Position numbers and translations under genes: made by a program
Part shown: piece by piece, positions 29,521-38,739 of the stretch
Layout: every line of letters begins with the position of its first letter
Position numbering within the stretch: the first letter of the stretch is position 1
Notes under the pieces: generated by a model
What the model was told of the DNA's origin: nothing
Database searches by the model: none
Seen by the model: only the letters and a program-made list of their open reading frames with translations
Assembly: GCA_963702435.1 (NCBI GenBank)
Contig: CAVPCR010000001.1
Location: 32,001 to 96,000, forward strand
Direction: 5' to 3'
DNA length: 64,000 nt
Source: Candidatus Eiseniibacteriota bacterium
GTDB lineage: Bacteria > Eisenbacteria > RBG-16-71-46 > CAVPCR01

Positions 29521-32500
29521 TCAGGCCGCCCCGGCCCTGGTCTCCTCGATCGTGATGGAATCCATGTCGCGCCCGCGACCGGGCGCGATCAGGCGGACGT
29601 GGTCCTCGCCGACGAAGCCTCGCAGGTCGGCGATCAGGTTCTCATCCGGCGTCACCCCGAGCCGTGCAAGGCCGGCCGCCTCGACCGCCCCACGGAGACC
29701 CGGAGGTGACAGGACGTGGACCGGCGACCGGCCCGGGCTCCGCATGAGGCGGAGCTTGAGCGCGCGCAGGCGCCGGAATCCCGTAGGCAGGCGCAGTTCG
29801 AGCGCGGGTTGCACGACCTGGGCGAGGAGCTCGAGCGGGATCACGCTCTCGACGGCGATCTCGTTCCTGCCCTCGCGGGCGCCGACGCGGCCGTCCACGA
29901 CCACCGGCCGGCCGAGCGGCACGTCCTCACCCCCTTCGAGAAGCGCCGGCAGGAGCAGGAGCTCGACGCCGTTCTCCCCGTCTTCGAGCCGGGCGACGGC
30001 GAATCGCCGCCCGCCCCGGGTGATGAGACCGGAGAGCGTGCGAATCACCCCGACCGTGCGCACGCGGCTACCCTCGGCAGCCGCGGCGGCGCGATCGAGC
30101 CGCAGGATGCCGAAGCGCGTGAGCGCAGCCGTGTAGATCCGGGGTCGCCGCTCCGGACGGGAGAAGAGATCGAATTGCATGGCGTCCCCCGTGAGGCCAA
30201 GGCCCGGCCGAACCGCGAGAGGCAGCCGCCCGGCCCGAGCGATGGCGGAGTGCGCGAGGCGGACCGGAGGGTCCATCGCAGGAGTCGGCGCCGAGAGGTC
30301 CCGCTCCCGCCCGCCCGCCTCGTTCAGAAGCACCTTCAGGCGCTGATCCGGAATGCGGTTCCGAAGGCGGCGGACGATATCCTCCGGCCCCGCGAACGGC
30401 CCGGATGCGCGCACGCTTGCGATCACCTCGGCGGTAGCCCGATCGACACCCGGCAGATGCTGGAGACCGAGCCGGGCGAGCGCGGTCGCGGCAAACGCTG
30501 TCGTGCCCGGCGCCCTCGTCCCCCGACCGGCCGCGCCGTGCGTGCCGCTCGCTTCCGATTGCACGGCGCTCGCGTTCAGATCGGGACGGAGGACGGCAAC
30601 GTGCCGCTCCTTCGCCCACGCGCTGATACCTGGGAGCCGGTCGGGGAAGAGATCGGCGAGCGCTGCGGCCAGGGCCGCCGGTGATCGGTCAGCCAGGATG
30701 GCGAGCGCCGCCAGCGCCTCGGCGCGGGCGAGCCACGGACCCTCCGGCTCGAGATGCGGCACGATGCGAACGAGGGCCGCGAGGATCGCGTCGGTTTGGT
30801 CGGGTCGGCGGCCGGCGGCTTCGAGATCGCGGTGCACATCAGGGCGGAGCGCCGCCATCGGCGCGCCCCGCCCCTCGGCGGCGCGCACGAGCAACTCGCG
30901 CGCGGTCTCCTCGCTCAGGCCGTGCGCGAGGAGGACCCGCCAGGCATCCGCATGGAAGACGATCTCCGGACGCGCGGGCTCCGGCGGTGCGGGTGCCGGT
31001 CCCTCGGCCGTCCGCGCCGGCGTCCCCACGGGCGCGAGCTCGCGCACATGCGCAGCGGGGGCATCCGGAGCGCGACGGGCGATGACGAGCGCGCGGGCCA
31101 GATCGGCCACCGTGTGCGGCCGGCGCGCCCTGAGCAGGCGGGCGAAGGCTGCACCGCCCCGGCCGGCCAGCGGTCCCTGGAACAGGTCGGCGAGCACGTC
31201 CGCGCGGAGCGGAGCCATGCCCGCTCCGGCGAGCGCGCGGCCCGACACCTGGGCGCGCTCGAGCAGGGTAAGGGACGGGGTCGCGCTCACGCGCACGGCA
31301 AGGCCGCCGATCGCGGTCGCGTCGGCGGTGAGGCGATCGAGCTCCCGACCTGCATTCGAAAATGGCGTCCAGGCGCGAATAGTTGCGTCACCGGCGAGAG
31401 CCACGACGCGTCCGGCGAGCTGCACGGCGAGCCCGACCAGGCGGCGCGCGCCGGCCGGGGCGCGCTCGCGGGCCGCCGCGCGCCCCTCGACGAGCGCAGT
31501 GAGGCGCCGCGTCATGGCGGCGTCGTAGTCGTGCCCCTCGGCCGCGGCGAGGAAGCGCGCGGCCTCGACCGCCGTCAGGCGCCGCGCGACACGCGGTTCC
31601 CGCGCCCCGGCGATCTCGAGGAGAACGAGCGCCGCGCGGGCGCCGGCCTCCCCCATCTCGAGCTCGACGAGCGGAAGCGGCCCGTGTCCCTCGACCCAGG
31701 CCGGGGGCGCGCTCCGCGCGCCGGGAACGGCGGCGGTGAGCCCGAGGGCCCAACCCACCCAGCTGTCGCACCACCCGGGCGCCACCCCGAGGCGTACGCG
31801 ATCCCCGAGCGAGCGCAGCGTCTGGGCCAGGCGCAGGAACGGCCCGATCGCCTGCCGCCGGGCGATCGCGGCGAGCTCAGCCTCGAGGCGAGAGACCGGA
31901 GGAAGGTGGCGCTCTGCTGCGGCCGCCGCCAGCACGCGCTGCCGGAGCGCCGCGAGCTGCTCCTCGTCGGGCGTAAGATCCGCAAGCGCCGGCTCCACGA
32001 GCCGGTCGGGGGCGGCGATCGCGGCGAAGAAGCGATCGGCCTCGAGGGCCGTATCCGGACCGACCAAGGCCGCCGCCGCGACCAGCGAGTTCCCCGGGGC
32101 CGGGGCCGGAGCCGGGGCCGGAGCCGGGGCCGGAGCCGGCCGGCCGGGCCGTGGCGCTCCCTCGCCGCTCTCGTGGTCCCCCCGGATCATCACGAGAAGA
32201 CGGTGAAGCAGCGCATCCTCGATCTCCACGATGTCGACCGGCGGAGCCATGACGCAGGGGAGATCGAGGTCACGGCCCAGCTCGACCAGCCATGACGCAG
32301 AGCGCGGATCGGACACCGCAAGCGCGAGCGCGCCCGGGCCGACCGCGGCATGAACGAGGGACAGGGTCGTCGCGAGACGAGAGATCTGCTCGCGCGACGG
32401 GAGCGCGGCGCGCGATCCGCCGGGCAGGGCGAGGACGCGCAGGAGATCAATGCCGGAATGCGAGATGGCGGCGGCGAGATCGGCCGGCGCGACTTCGCGG

Positions 32501-32802
32501 CGGCGCGCAAGGGTCGCGAGCAGAGACCATGCGGACTCGCCATGCGGACCCGGGGCGCCGTGCACAAAGATGAGGAGATCGAGCCCGGGCGTGCCCTTGA
32601 CGCCGATCCGCACGCCCACGCGCGGCTCGATGCCCGCGGCCCGAGCCGCGCGCACGAAGGCCGGCGCCGCGGCCATCGTCCCGCGATCGGCGAGGGCCAG
32701 CCCGCGAATCCCGAGCGCCGCCGCTCGCCGGACGAGCGCATCGATGCGCGCGCCCCCCGCGGGCAGGCTCAGCTCGGACTGGATGTCGAGTAGGATGCTC
32801 AT
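29521..32802 (-). CDS. Highly diverged DNA polymerase III alpha (DnaE) paralogue, predicted catalytically inactive
   Basis: Collinear PHP-like N-terminus, palm-like region, HhH (LGLQHLPGV..GPF), clamp-type motif QFDLF, OB fold and C-terminal domain. The canonical GRGS, PDIDxD and KxDxL motifs are absent. Confidence 0.75.
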   Translation of the reverse strand: MSILLDIQSELSLPAGGARIDALVRRAAALGIRGLALADRGTMAAAPAFVRAARAAGIEPRVGVRIGVKGTPGLDLLIFVHGAPGPHGESAWSLLATLARRREVAPADLAAAISHSGIDLLRVLALPGGSRAALPSREQISRLATTLSLVHAAVGPGALALAVSDPRSASWLVELGRDLDLPCVMAPPVDIVEIEDALLHRLLVMIRGDHESGEGAPRPGRPAPAPAPAPAPAPAPGNSLVAAAALVGPDTALEADRFFAAIAAPDRLVEPALADLTPDEEQLAALRQRVLAAAAAERHLPPVSRLEAELAAIARRQAIGPFLRLAQTLRSLGDRVRLGVAPGWCDSWVGWALGLTAAVPGARSAPPAWVEGHGPLPLVELEMGEAGARAALVLLEIAGAREPRVARRLTAVEAARFLAAAEGHDYDAAMTRRLTALVEGRAAARERAPAGARRLVGLAVQLAGRVVALAGDATIRAWTPFSNAGRELDRLTADATAIGGLAVRVSATPSLTLLERAQVSGRALAGAGMAPLRADVLADLFQGPLAGRGGAAFARLLRARRPHTVADLARALVIARRAPDAPAAHVRELAPVGTPARTAEGPAPAPPEPARPEIVFHADAWRVLLAHGLSEETARELLVRAAEGRGAPMAALRPDVHRDLEAAGRRPDQTDAILAALVRIVPHLEPEGPWLARAEALAALAILADRSPAALAAALADLFPDRLPGISAWAKERHVAVLRPDLNASAVQSEASGTHGAAGRGTRAPGTTAFAATALARLGLQHLPGVDRATAEVIASVRASGPFAGPEDIVRRLRNRIPDQRLKVLLNEAGGRERDLSAPTPAMDPPVRLAHSAIARAGRLPLAVRPGLGLTGDAMQFDLFSRPERRPRIYTAALTRFGILRLDRAAAAAEGSRVRTVGVIRTLSGLITRGGRRFAVARLEDGENGVELLLLPALLEGGEDVPLGRPVVVDGRVGAREGRNEIAVESVIPLELLAQVVQPALELRLPTGFRRLRALKLRLMRSPGRSPVHVLSPPGLRGAVEAAGLARLGVTPDENLIADLRGFVGEDHVRLIAPGRGRDMDSITIEETRAGAA

Positions 32803-32811
32803 CTCGACGCC

Positions 32812-32841
32812 AGTGTGCTATACAGGCGGATAGCCTGTCAA
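32812..32841 (-). promoter_or_regulatory. Sigma70-type promoter with overlapping palindrome ACAGGC-N5-GCCTGT
   Basis: The minus strand reads TTGACA-N18-CACACT, ending 9 nt before the ATG. The palindrome is at 32822-32838. Confidence 0.6.
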
Positions 32842-33241
32842 GAGGGGAAATTGAATCTGCCCGGGGCCCTCGCGGCAGGGCAGGTCATCCCCCAATGCAC
32901 TTTTCCATAATGACTTACCCTGTCAGGGGAGACCCCCACTCCCGGCTCGCGCTGGCAGGTCGCTCTCGGCCGACCACACTTTTGATGCGCCGGGGCGCTC
33001 GCCCGGGCGGCCGGGGCGACGCGACCCGTGGGGCCGCGAGCGCGGCTTCGGCCGGCGGACCGGCTCACCATGGCCGCCTTCCCGCCGCCGTCGCCGGGGC
33101 CTCGCCGTTGAGGCGCATCGGCCCCGCTTGCTACGATCGCGCATTCACTCCATGCCCATGCGGGTGCGCCGGCACCCTCGTTCGCAAGTGTCCCCCTACG
33201 CGGATCACGGTCTCCCCCCGCCGATCCAGATATCGAGCTCG

Positions 33242-34729
33242 ATGCCAGGCCACCACTCGCGTCTCTTCTCACGCCTCTCTCTGCGGATGGCGGTCGCGAT
33301 CCCGGCCGCCGTCCTCGCCGTGATCCTGATCGCGGCCCTCATGGGCACGAGCGCGTCCCCCGCCGCCGCGGGTGAGACCGCGCCGGGATCCGCGATGCGG
33401 AGCGAGCGCCTCCCGAACGGACTCGAGGTCCTCGTCCTGCCCGAGCCGGGACGCGACGTCGCAGCCGTCATCATGTTCTACCGGGTGGGCTCTCGCGACG
33501 AGGAGCCGGGAACGACCGGCTACGCCCATCTCTTCGAGCACCTCATGTACACGGGGACAGCCGCCGTTCCCGACTGGCACGCGACCATGACGGCGCTCGG
33601 CGGCAAGACGCGCTCCGCGACCGCGCCGGACTGGACGGCCTTCGCGAGCGATGTGCCGCGTTCCGCAGCCACGCGCGTGATCGCGCTCGAGGCCGATCGC
33701 ATGCACGGGCTCACGCTCGATCGCGCAGCGGTCACCCGCGCCATGGCGGACATCAGGAACGAGGACGCAGCCCGCAGCGCCGCGCCGCTCGCGGCGGCGG
33801 ACCTCGCCGATCTCTTGCGGCCACTCGCCTTTCCCGGGCACCCGTACGCGCGCGCGCAGAAGCCGCGCACCATGGACGCGGCCGACCCGGATCGCTGTCG
33901 CGCCTTCTATTCCCGCCACGTCGGCCCGGACCGCGCGGTCCTCGTCGTCGCCGGTGGCGTCGATCCCGACTCGATCGTCGCGGCGGCCCGCGCGGCCACG
34001 AGCACGCTCGCTCCGGCCGGCGCCACCCGCCCGCCCTTGCCGCCGCTCCCGCCTCTGCCGCCGCCCGACGCGCGACGGCGCGTCGAGTCGCGGGCCGGCC
34101 CGCCGACGATCGCCGCCGGCTATCGCGTGCCCCGGCTCGGCGAGCCGGATTTCGCCGCCGCCAAGCTGGTGCACGCGCTCCTCGCGGACGCGGCGCCGAT
34201 CCTCGGCGCCGCGGTGGCGGACGGCGGACCCGGCGCGCCATGGGTAGGCGTCGACCTCGACGAGGCCACCGGCCTCCTCACGGTGGCCGCCCGGCCCGAT
34301 CCGACCACCGCACCCGCCCCTGCGCTCGACCGGCTCATCGCCGCCGTCCCGCTCGTCATCGAAGCCGGCGATCCGCAGTCCATTGCGACCACCCGCGATC
34401 GTTTGCGCCTCACCGAAGCGGCGCTCGCCGGCACCGTGGGCGGGCGGGCGGCGGCGGCCGCGCGCGCGTACCTCGCCGCGGGCACCGCAGCATCGGGCCC
34501 GGCCGCGGTTGCGCCCGGCGCGACGCCCGCCGCACCCGCCGTCCGCACCGCCGGCTCCGCGGCCGCCGCCCAGCCCGGGGCATCCGCCGGCGCCGAATTC
34601 GCCGCCCTCGGCGCCAGCGACGTCATCCGCTTCGCCGGCGCGCAGCTCCGCGCCGATCAGGCCGTGAGTCTCATCCTCGCCCCGGCCCCGAGCGCCGGTG
34701 CGACCGACCCCGACAAGGACACGCGATGA
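33242..34729 (+). CDS. M16 family (insulinase-like) zinc peptidase subunit with zinc motif
   Basis: Signal peptide, LPNGLEV, YRVGSRDE, AHLFEHLMY (HxxEH) and LEADRM. The start is uncertain. Confidence 0.8.
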   Translation: MPGHHSRLFSRLSLRMAVAIPAAVLAVILIAALMGTSASPAAAGETAPGSAMRSERLPNGLEVLVLPEPGRDVAAVIMFYRVGSRDEEPGTTGYAHLFEHLMYTGTAAVPDWHATMTALGGKTRSATAPDWTAFASDVPRSAATRVIALEADRMHGLTLDRAAVTRAMADIRNEDAARSAAPLAAADLADLLRPLAFPGHPYARAQKPRTMDAADPDRCRAFYSRHVGPDRAVLVVAGGVDPDSIVAAARAATSTLAPAGATRPPLPPLPPLPPPDARRRVESRAGPPTIAAGYRVPRLGEPDFAAAKLVHALLADAAPILGAAVADGGPGAPWVGVDLDEATGLLTVAARPDPTTAPAPALDRLIAAVPLVIEAGDPQSIATTRDRLRLTEAALAGTVGGRAAAAARAYLAAGTAASGPAAVAPGATPAAPAVRTAGSAAAAQPGASAGAEFAALGASDVIRFAGAQLRADQAVSLILAPAPSAGATDPDKDTR

Positions 34730-36888
34730 CCTCGTCCCGCTTTCCGCAGCATGCCGCGCGACTCCTCGCCGCGCTGACCGCCGCCGGCCTCCTCACCGCC
34801 GCGACCGGCGCCTCCGCCGCCGATCCGGAGAGCACGAGCGCGGCAGCGACGGCTGCGAACCGGATCCAGAGCCGCACGCTCCCGAACGGGCTCCGCCTCC
34901 TCGTCCTCCCCGACCTTGCCCAGTCGAAGCTCACGGCAGGGCTCATGATCGGTGCGGGCTATGTGCACAACCCGCGCGGAAAGGAGGGACTCGCCGATCT
35001 CGCGGCGGCTCTCGATCATCTGCGCGTGCGCCAGGACATCGAGAACGGACGGGCCGGCAAGAGCTATCAGTCCGGGGAGTGGAGCGCCACCGTATCGAAC
35101 GATCACACCCTCTTCGGCGCGACGGCGCTCGCCGAGGATCTCGAGGCGCTGTGCGCGGTGCTCCGCGCGGCCGTGCCGGCGGCGGACGAGCCGTTCCTCG
35201 CCGCCCCGGCCTTCAAGCGGGAGGCGCTGCTCAAGCTCCTGCAGACGCGCACGGCGTCCGGGCTCGTCGCGCGCGAGGCGCTCGCTCCCGCGCTCTACGG
35301 CGATCGCCGGCCGCTCGGTTTCTCGGCGCGCTTCCAGACGCTCCTCGGCGTCTTCCCGGCCGACGTGCGCGACTTCCATCGCTCGTACTACGTGCCCGCG
35401 AACGCGATCCTGTTCATGGCCGGTCCGGTCACGGTCGAGACCGCAGCGGAGGCGGCCATACGGCACTTCGGCGACTGGCCGGCGAGCGAACCCGGCACGC
35501 CGACCTGGGGTCACGCGCCGGACCAGGCGGCGCACCGGGGCGTGACGCTCGTCGACGACCCCGACGCCGCGATTGCGCTCCTTCTCGGCGGGCTCGCCGG
35601 CCCCGGGCGCGAGGATCCGGCTTACGCCGAGATGCAGATCCTCCATCAGGTGGTGGGGAGCGGGCGCCTCGAGGGAACGGTCGCCGCACTCGCCGCGACG
35701 CATCCCGCGGGCTACCAGTTCCGCACGCAGCTCCGGGCCAGCGCGCGCGGCAGCGAGCTCACGATCGAGGTAGCCATCCCGCACGATCTCGCGGCGCGAG
35801 CGCTGGCTGAGGTCGAGCGCGGACTCGGCGAGATCGCTGCCGGCATCGATGCGGCCGCGTATGCGAGCGCGGTGGACGCGAGGGCGGCGAGCCTTGCCCT
35901 CCGCCTCGAGACCCCGGAGGCCCGGCTGCGCGAGGCGGCCGCCATGACCCTGGCCGGCCGGCCGCTCGATGCGATCGACGATCCCGCCCGCGCGCTCGCC
36001 ACCCTCGATCGCACTGCGGTCACGGCCGGCTGGCGGGCGCTCCTCGCCCCCGAGCGCCGGGCCTGGATCGCAGAGGGCCGGGCCGACCTCCTCGCCGCCC
36101 AGTTCAAGGCGGCGGGCATCACGACCACGCCGGCCGATGTGTACGCAGTGGTGACGGGTCGTCTCTTCGAGCAGCAGCCGGAACCGCTGCTCACGCTGCC
36201 GAGCGCCGCGTCGACCGCGCAGGCCGAGGAGCTCCTGTTCGCGGCGATAGAGGCCAAGGGCGGATTCGAGAACCTGGAGCGGGTCGAGAGCTATGCGGCG
36301 GTCGAGACCCTGTATGTGCAGGCCGCAGCGCAGATGGTCCCCGGCGAGCGCAAGCTGTCCATCAAGCTGCCCGACCGCTTCCGCGAGGTGCTCCGCGTCG
36401 GCCCGCTGCAGGGCGAGGGGCTCGTTCAGGTCGTGAACCGCGACCGGATCTGGCGCCAGCAGCTCGGCAAGCCCGCGGACACTCCCCCGTGGCGCGAGGA
36501 GGATCTTCGCGGCCGGGTGTGGCTCGACGGGTTCCGCGCCTTCCACCGCTACGCGGAGCCGGGAGCGATGATCTCGCTCATCGACCCCGACCTGATCGCC
36601 GGCACCACGCTCGACGGTTTCCAGATCACGGCGCCCAGCGGCTACTGGGCCAGGTACCACCTGCATCCGCAATCGCGCCAGGTGGTGAAGCGCACCACGT
36701 CGCGCCCGAACGAGGCCGACATCGCCAAGTGCGAGGAGCTCTTCACGGACTACCGCCCGGTCGAGGGCGTCTTCCTCCCCTTCGTCTATGCCACGTACAT
36801 GAACGGGGAGTACGCCGGGGAATCGCATCTCAAGTCGATCGACATCAACGCCGAGATCCCCGACGACCTCTTCGTGCAGCCGCGCTGA
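34726..36888 (+). CDS. M16 family non-catalytic subunit fused to a C-terminal beta-rich domain
   Basis: Signal peptide, LPNGLRL, KEGLADL and FHRSYYVPAN, with no HxxEH. C-terminal AIEAKGG...DYRPVEGVFLPF...INAEIPDDLF. ATGA overlap with the upstream gene. Confidence 0.75.
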   Translation: MTSSRFPQHAARLLAALTAAGLLTAATGASAADPESTSAAATAANRIQSRTLPNGLRLLVLPDLAQSKLTAGLMIGAGYVHNPRGKEGLADLAAALDHLRVRQDIENGRAGKSYQSGEWSATVSNDHTLFGATALAEDLEALCAVLRAAVPAADEPFLAAPAFKREALLKLLQTRTASGLVAREALAPALYGDRRPLGFSARFQTLLGVFPADVRDFHRSYYVPANAILFMAGPVTVETAAEAAIRHFGDWPASEPGTPTWGHAPDQAAHRGVTLVDDPDAAIALLLGGLAGPGREDPAYAEMQILHQVVGSGRLEGTVAALAATHPAGYQFRTQLRASARGSELTIEVAIPHDLAARALAEVERGLGEIAAGIDAAAYASAVDARAASLALRLETPEARLREAAAMTLAGRPLDAIDDPARALATLDRTAVTAGWRALLAPERRAWIAEGRADLLAAQFKAAGITTTPADVYAVVTGRLFEQQPEPLLTLPSAASTAQAEELLFAAIEAKGGFENLERVESYAAVETLYVQAAAQMVPGERKLSIKLPDRFREVLRVGPLQGEGLVQVVNRDRIWRQQLGKPADTPPWREEDLRGRVWLDGFRAFHRYAEPGAMISLIDPDLIAGTTLDGFQITAPSGYWARYHLHPQSRQVVKRTTSRPNEADIAKCEELFTDYRPVEGVFLPFVYATYMNGEYAGESHLKSIDINAEIPDDLFVQPR

Positions 36889-36918
36889 GAGCCCCGTCAT
36901 GATGCCGGCGCGCTCGGA

Positions 36919-38319
36919 TCAGCGCGGAGCGGGCGGGTCCTTGCGGGCGGCTCGCCGCGCGCGTACCCGCTTCTCGAGCTCGGCCTCGAAGCCGGCGCCC
37001 GCCGGCTCGTAGTACGCGCGCCCGGCGAGCGCGGGCGGCAGGTACTCCTGATCCGCCGCCGGCTCGGTGTGCGGGTAGCGATAGCCGCGGCCGTGACCGA
37101 GGTCCTTCATGAGCCTGGTCGGGGCGTTCCGCAGGTGGAGCGGAACGGGTAGGCCGCCGTGCTCGACGGCATCGGCCCGCGCGCTTTCGTAGGCGGCGTA
37201 GGACGCGTTCGACTTGGGTGCCGTCGCGAGATAGGTCACGGCCTGGGCGAGGAGGAGACGCGCCTCGGGCATGCCGATCAGGTGCACACCCTGGAAGGCG
37301 GAGACCGCGATCGGGAGGGCCGCCGGGTCGGCGTTCCCGATGTCCTCGGAGGCGAGGATCACGAGCCGCCGCGCGACGAACAGCGGATCCTCGCCGCCTT
37401 CGAGCAGCCGGGCGAGCCAGTAGAGACCGGCATCGGGATCGGATCCGCGCACGCTCTTGATGAGGGCCGAGATCAAATCGAAATGCAGATCCCCCGCGCG
37501 GTCGTGGCGCAGCACCTTTCGCGCCAGCACCTCCTCGGCCAGCGCCTGGTCCACGCGCGGCGGCCGACCTCGCTGCATGGCGACCGCCGCCGATGCTTCG
37601 AGCAGGTTCAAGGCGGAGCGGGCATCCCCGTCGGCGAGAGCGGCGATCGCGGCGAGCGTGCCGTCGGCGACCTCGAGGCCGCGCGCGCCGAGCCCGCGCT
37701 CCTTGTCGGCGAGCGCCCGGGCGAGGAGGAGCTCGATCGCAGCCGCCGGCAGCCGCTCGAGCACGACGACCTGCACTCGCGACAGGAGCGCCGGGTTGAC
37801 CTCGAAGGAGGGATTCTCGGTCGTGGCGCCGATCAGGGTGATGAGTCCCGATTCGACGTGCGGGAGGAAGGCGTCCTGCTGCGCCTTGTTGAAACGATGG
37901 ATCTCGTCCACGAAGAGGAGCGTGCCGCTCGCCCCGGGGCCCGCGCCGGTGCGCACGTGATCGCGCGCCGTGGCGACGACCTGGCGGATCTCGGCGACAC
38001 CGGACATGACGGCCGAATAGGAGACGAAGCGATAGTGCGCAATGGCGGCGATGACGCGCGCGAGCGTGGTCTTGCCACTCCCCGGCGGGCCCCACAGGAT
38101 GAGGGAGGGGACCTGACCGGCCTCGATGGCCTGGCGGAGCGGACGCCCCGGCCCGATGAGATGCTCCTGGCCAACCATCTCATCGAAAGTCTGCGGCCGC
38201 ATGCGATCGGCGAGCGGGGCGGTGAGGCCCGGCCCGCGTCGAGCCTCGCTGCCGGCGGCCTTCGTCCGCCCGCGCGGGGAGGTCGCTCCCGGCGGGGGCT
38301 CGCGATCGAAGAGGTCCAT
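36919..38319 (-). CDS. rarA: Replication-associated recombination protein A (MgsA/RarA AAA+ ATPase)
   Basis: [48 protein letters not shown] and [10 protein letters not shown]. Confidence 0.95.
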   Translation of the reverse strand: MDLFDREPPPGATSPRGRTKAAGSEARRGPGLTAPLADRMRPQTFDEMVGQEHLIGPGRPLRQAIEAGQVPSLILWGPPGSGKTTLARVIAAIAHYRFVSYSAVMSGVAEIRQVVATARDHVRTGAGPGASGTLLFVDEIHRFNKAQQDAFLPHVESGLITLIGATTENPSFEVNPALLSRVQVVVLERLPAAAIELLLARALADKERGLGARGLEVADGTLAAIAALADGDARSALNLLEASAAVAMQRGRPPRVDQALAEEVLARKVLRHDRAGDLHFDLISALIKSVRGSDPDAGLYWLARLLEGGEDPLFVARRLVILASEDIGNADPAALPIAVSAFQGVHLIGMPEARLLLAQAVTYLATAPKSNASYAAYESARADAVEHGGLPVPLHLRNAPTRLMKDLGHGRGYRYPHTEPAADQEYLPPALAGRAYYEPAGAGFEAELEKRVRARRAARKDPPAPR

Positions 38320-38433
38320 CAAGCCGTCTCCTCAGCACGTGCACGGCGCACGCGAGGATTCTACATGGCAGGCCCGGCCGCGGCCGCGGCGGGCGCCCGG
38401 CCGGGGCTCGAGTCGATACCGTAAGTCCATGGC

Positions 38434-38449
38434 CGGCACGATGTTTGCC
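38434..38449 (+). promoter_or_regulatory. Candidate sigma54 (-24/-12) promoter
   Basis: CGGCACG-ATGT-TTGCC, with GG-N10-GC spacing. Confidence 0.45.
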
Positions 38450-38475
38450 CGGCGAACCGCACTCCCCTTTTCCGT

Positions 38476-38504
38476 TTGACGCTCACCATGGGCTTTGCTA
38501 GCGT
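38476..38504 (+). promoter_or_regulatory. Sigma70-type promoter TTGACG-N17-TAGCGT inside inverted repeat TTTGACGCT...AGCGTCAAA
   Basis: Read directly; a TG extended -10 is present. Confidence 0.65.
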
Positions 38505-38510
38505 CAAATC

Positions 38511-38642
38511 AGCGAAGCGGAGTTCCCTGCCGCATTTGAGATTTACGCGTCCGACGCCCAACCTTATTTGCGAGTCGAAAGACATCGAGGTTAGGGGTGC
38601 TCCCCGGCGTAAAGAACGATGCACGGCGGGGAACTTTCTTTG
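38511..38642 (+). ncRNA. Candidate rod-like small RNA or leader (family not recognised)
   Basis: Nested pairings AGTTCCCTGCCG/CGGCGGGGAACT, TTTACGC/GCGTAAA and AACCT/AGGTT, an apical GTC-GAAA-GAC loop, a T-rich tail and an upstream promoter. Confidence 0.5.
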
Positions 38643-38739
38643 TGGGATGCAGAATCGCCGGCGGTCCCGGCCCCCGATGCTGCACCGATTCGAGGCGCGA
38701 GTGCTTCCCTCCCCTCCACGGAGTGCGATCGTGATTCCG

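Noticed and set aside
32095..32140. Pro-Ala hexanucleotide repeat in the DnaE-like gene as a phase-variation switch
   Set aside because: The unit length is a multiple of three, so slippage keeps the frame; it is an ordinary linker.
29521..32802. Calling the gene dnaE2/imuC or the replicative dnaE
   Set aside because: The catalytic motifs are missing, imuA/imuB are absent, and a DnaE1-like C-terminal region is retained, so no symbol was assigned.
38511..38642. SRP RNA, tRNA or a known riboswitch
   Set aside because: It lacks the SRP domain IV motif, a cloverleaf and any aptamer consensus I recognise; it is kept only as an unassigned candidate.
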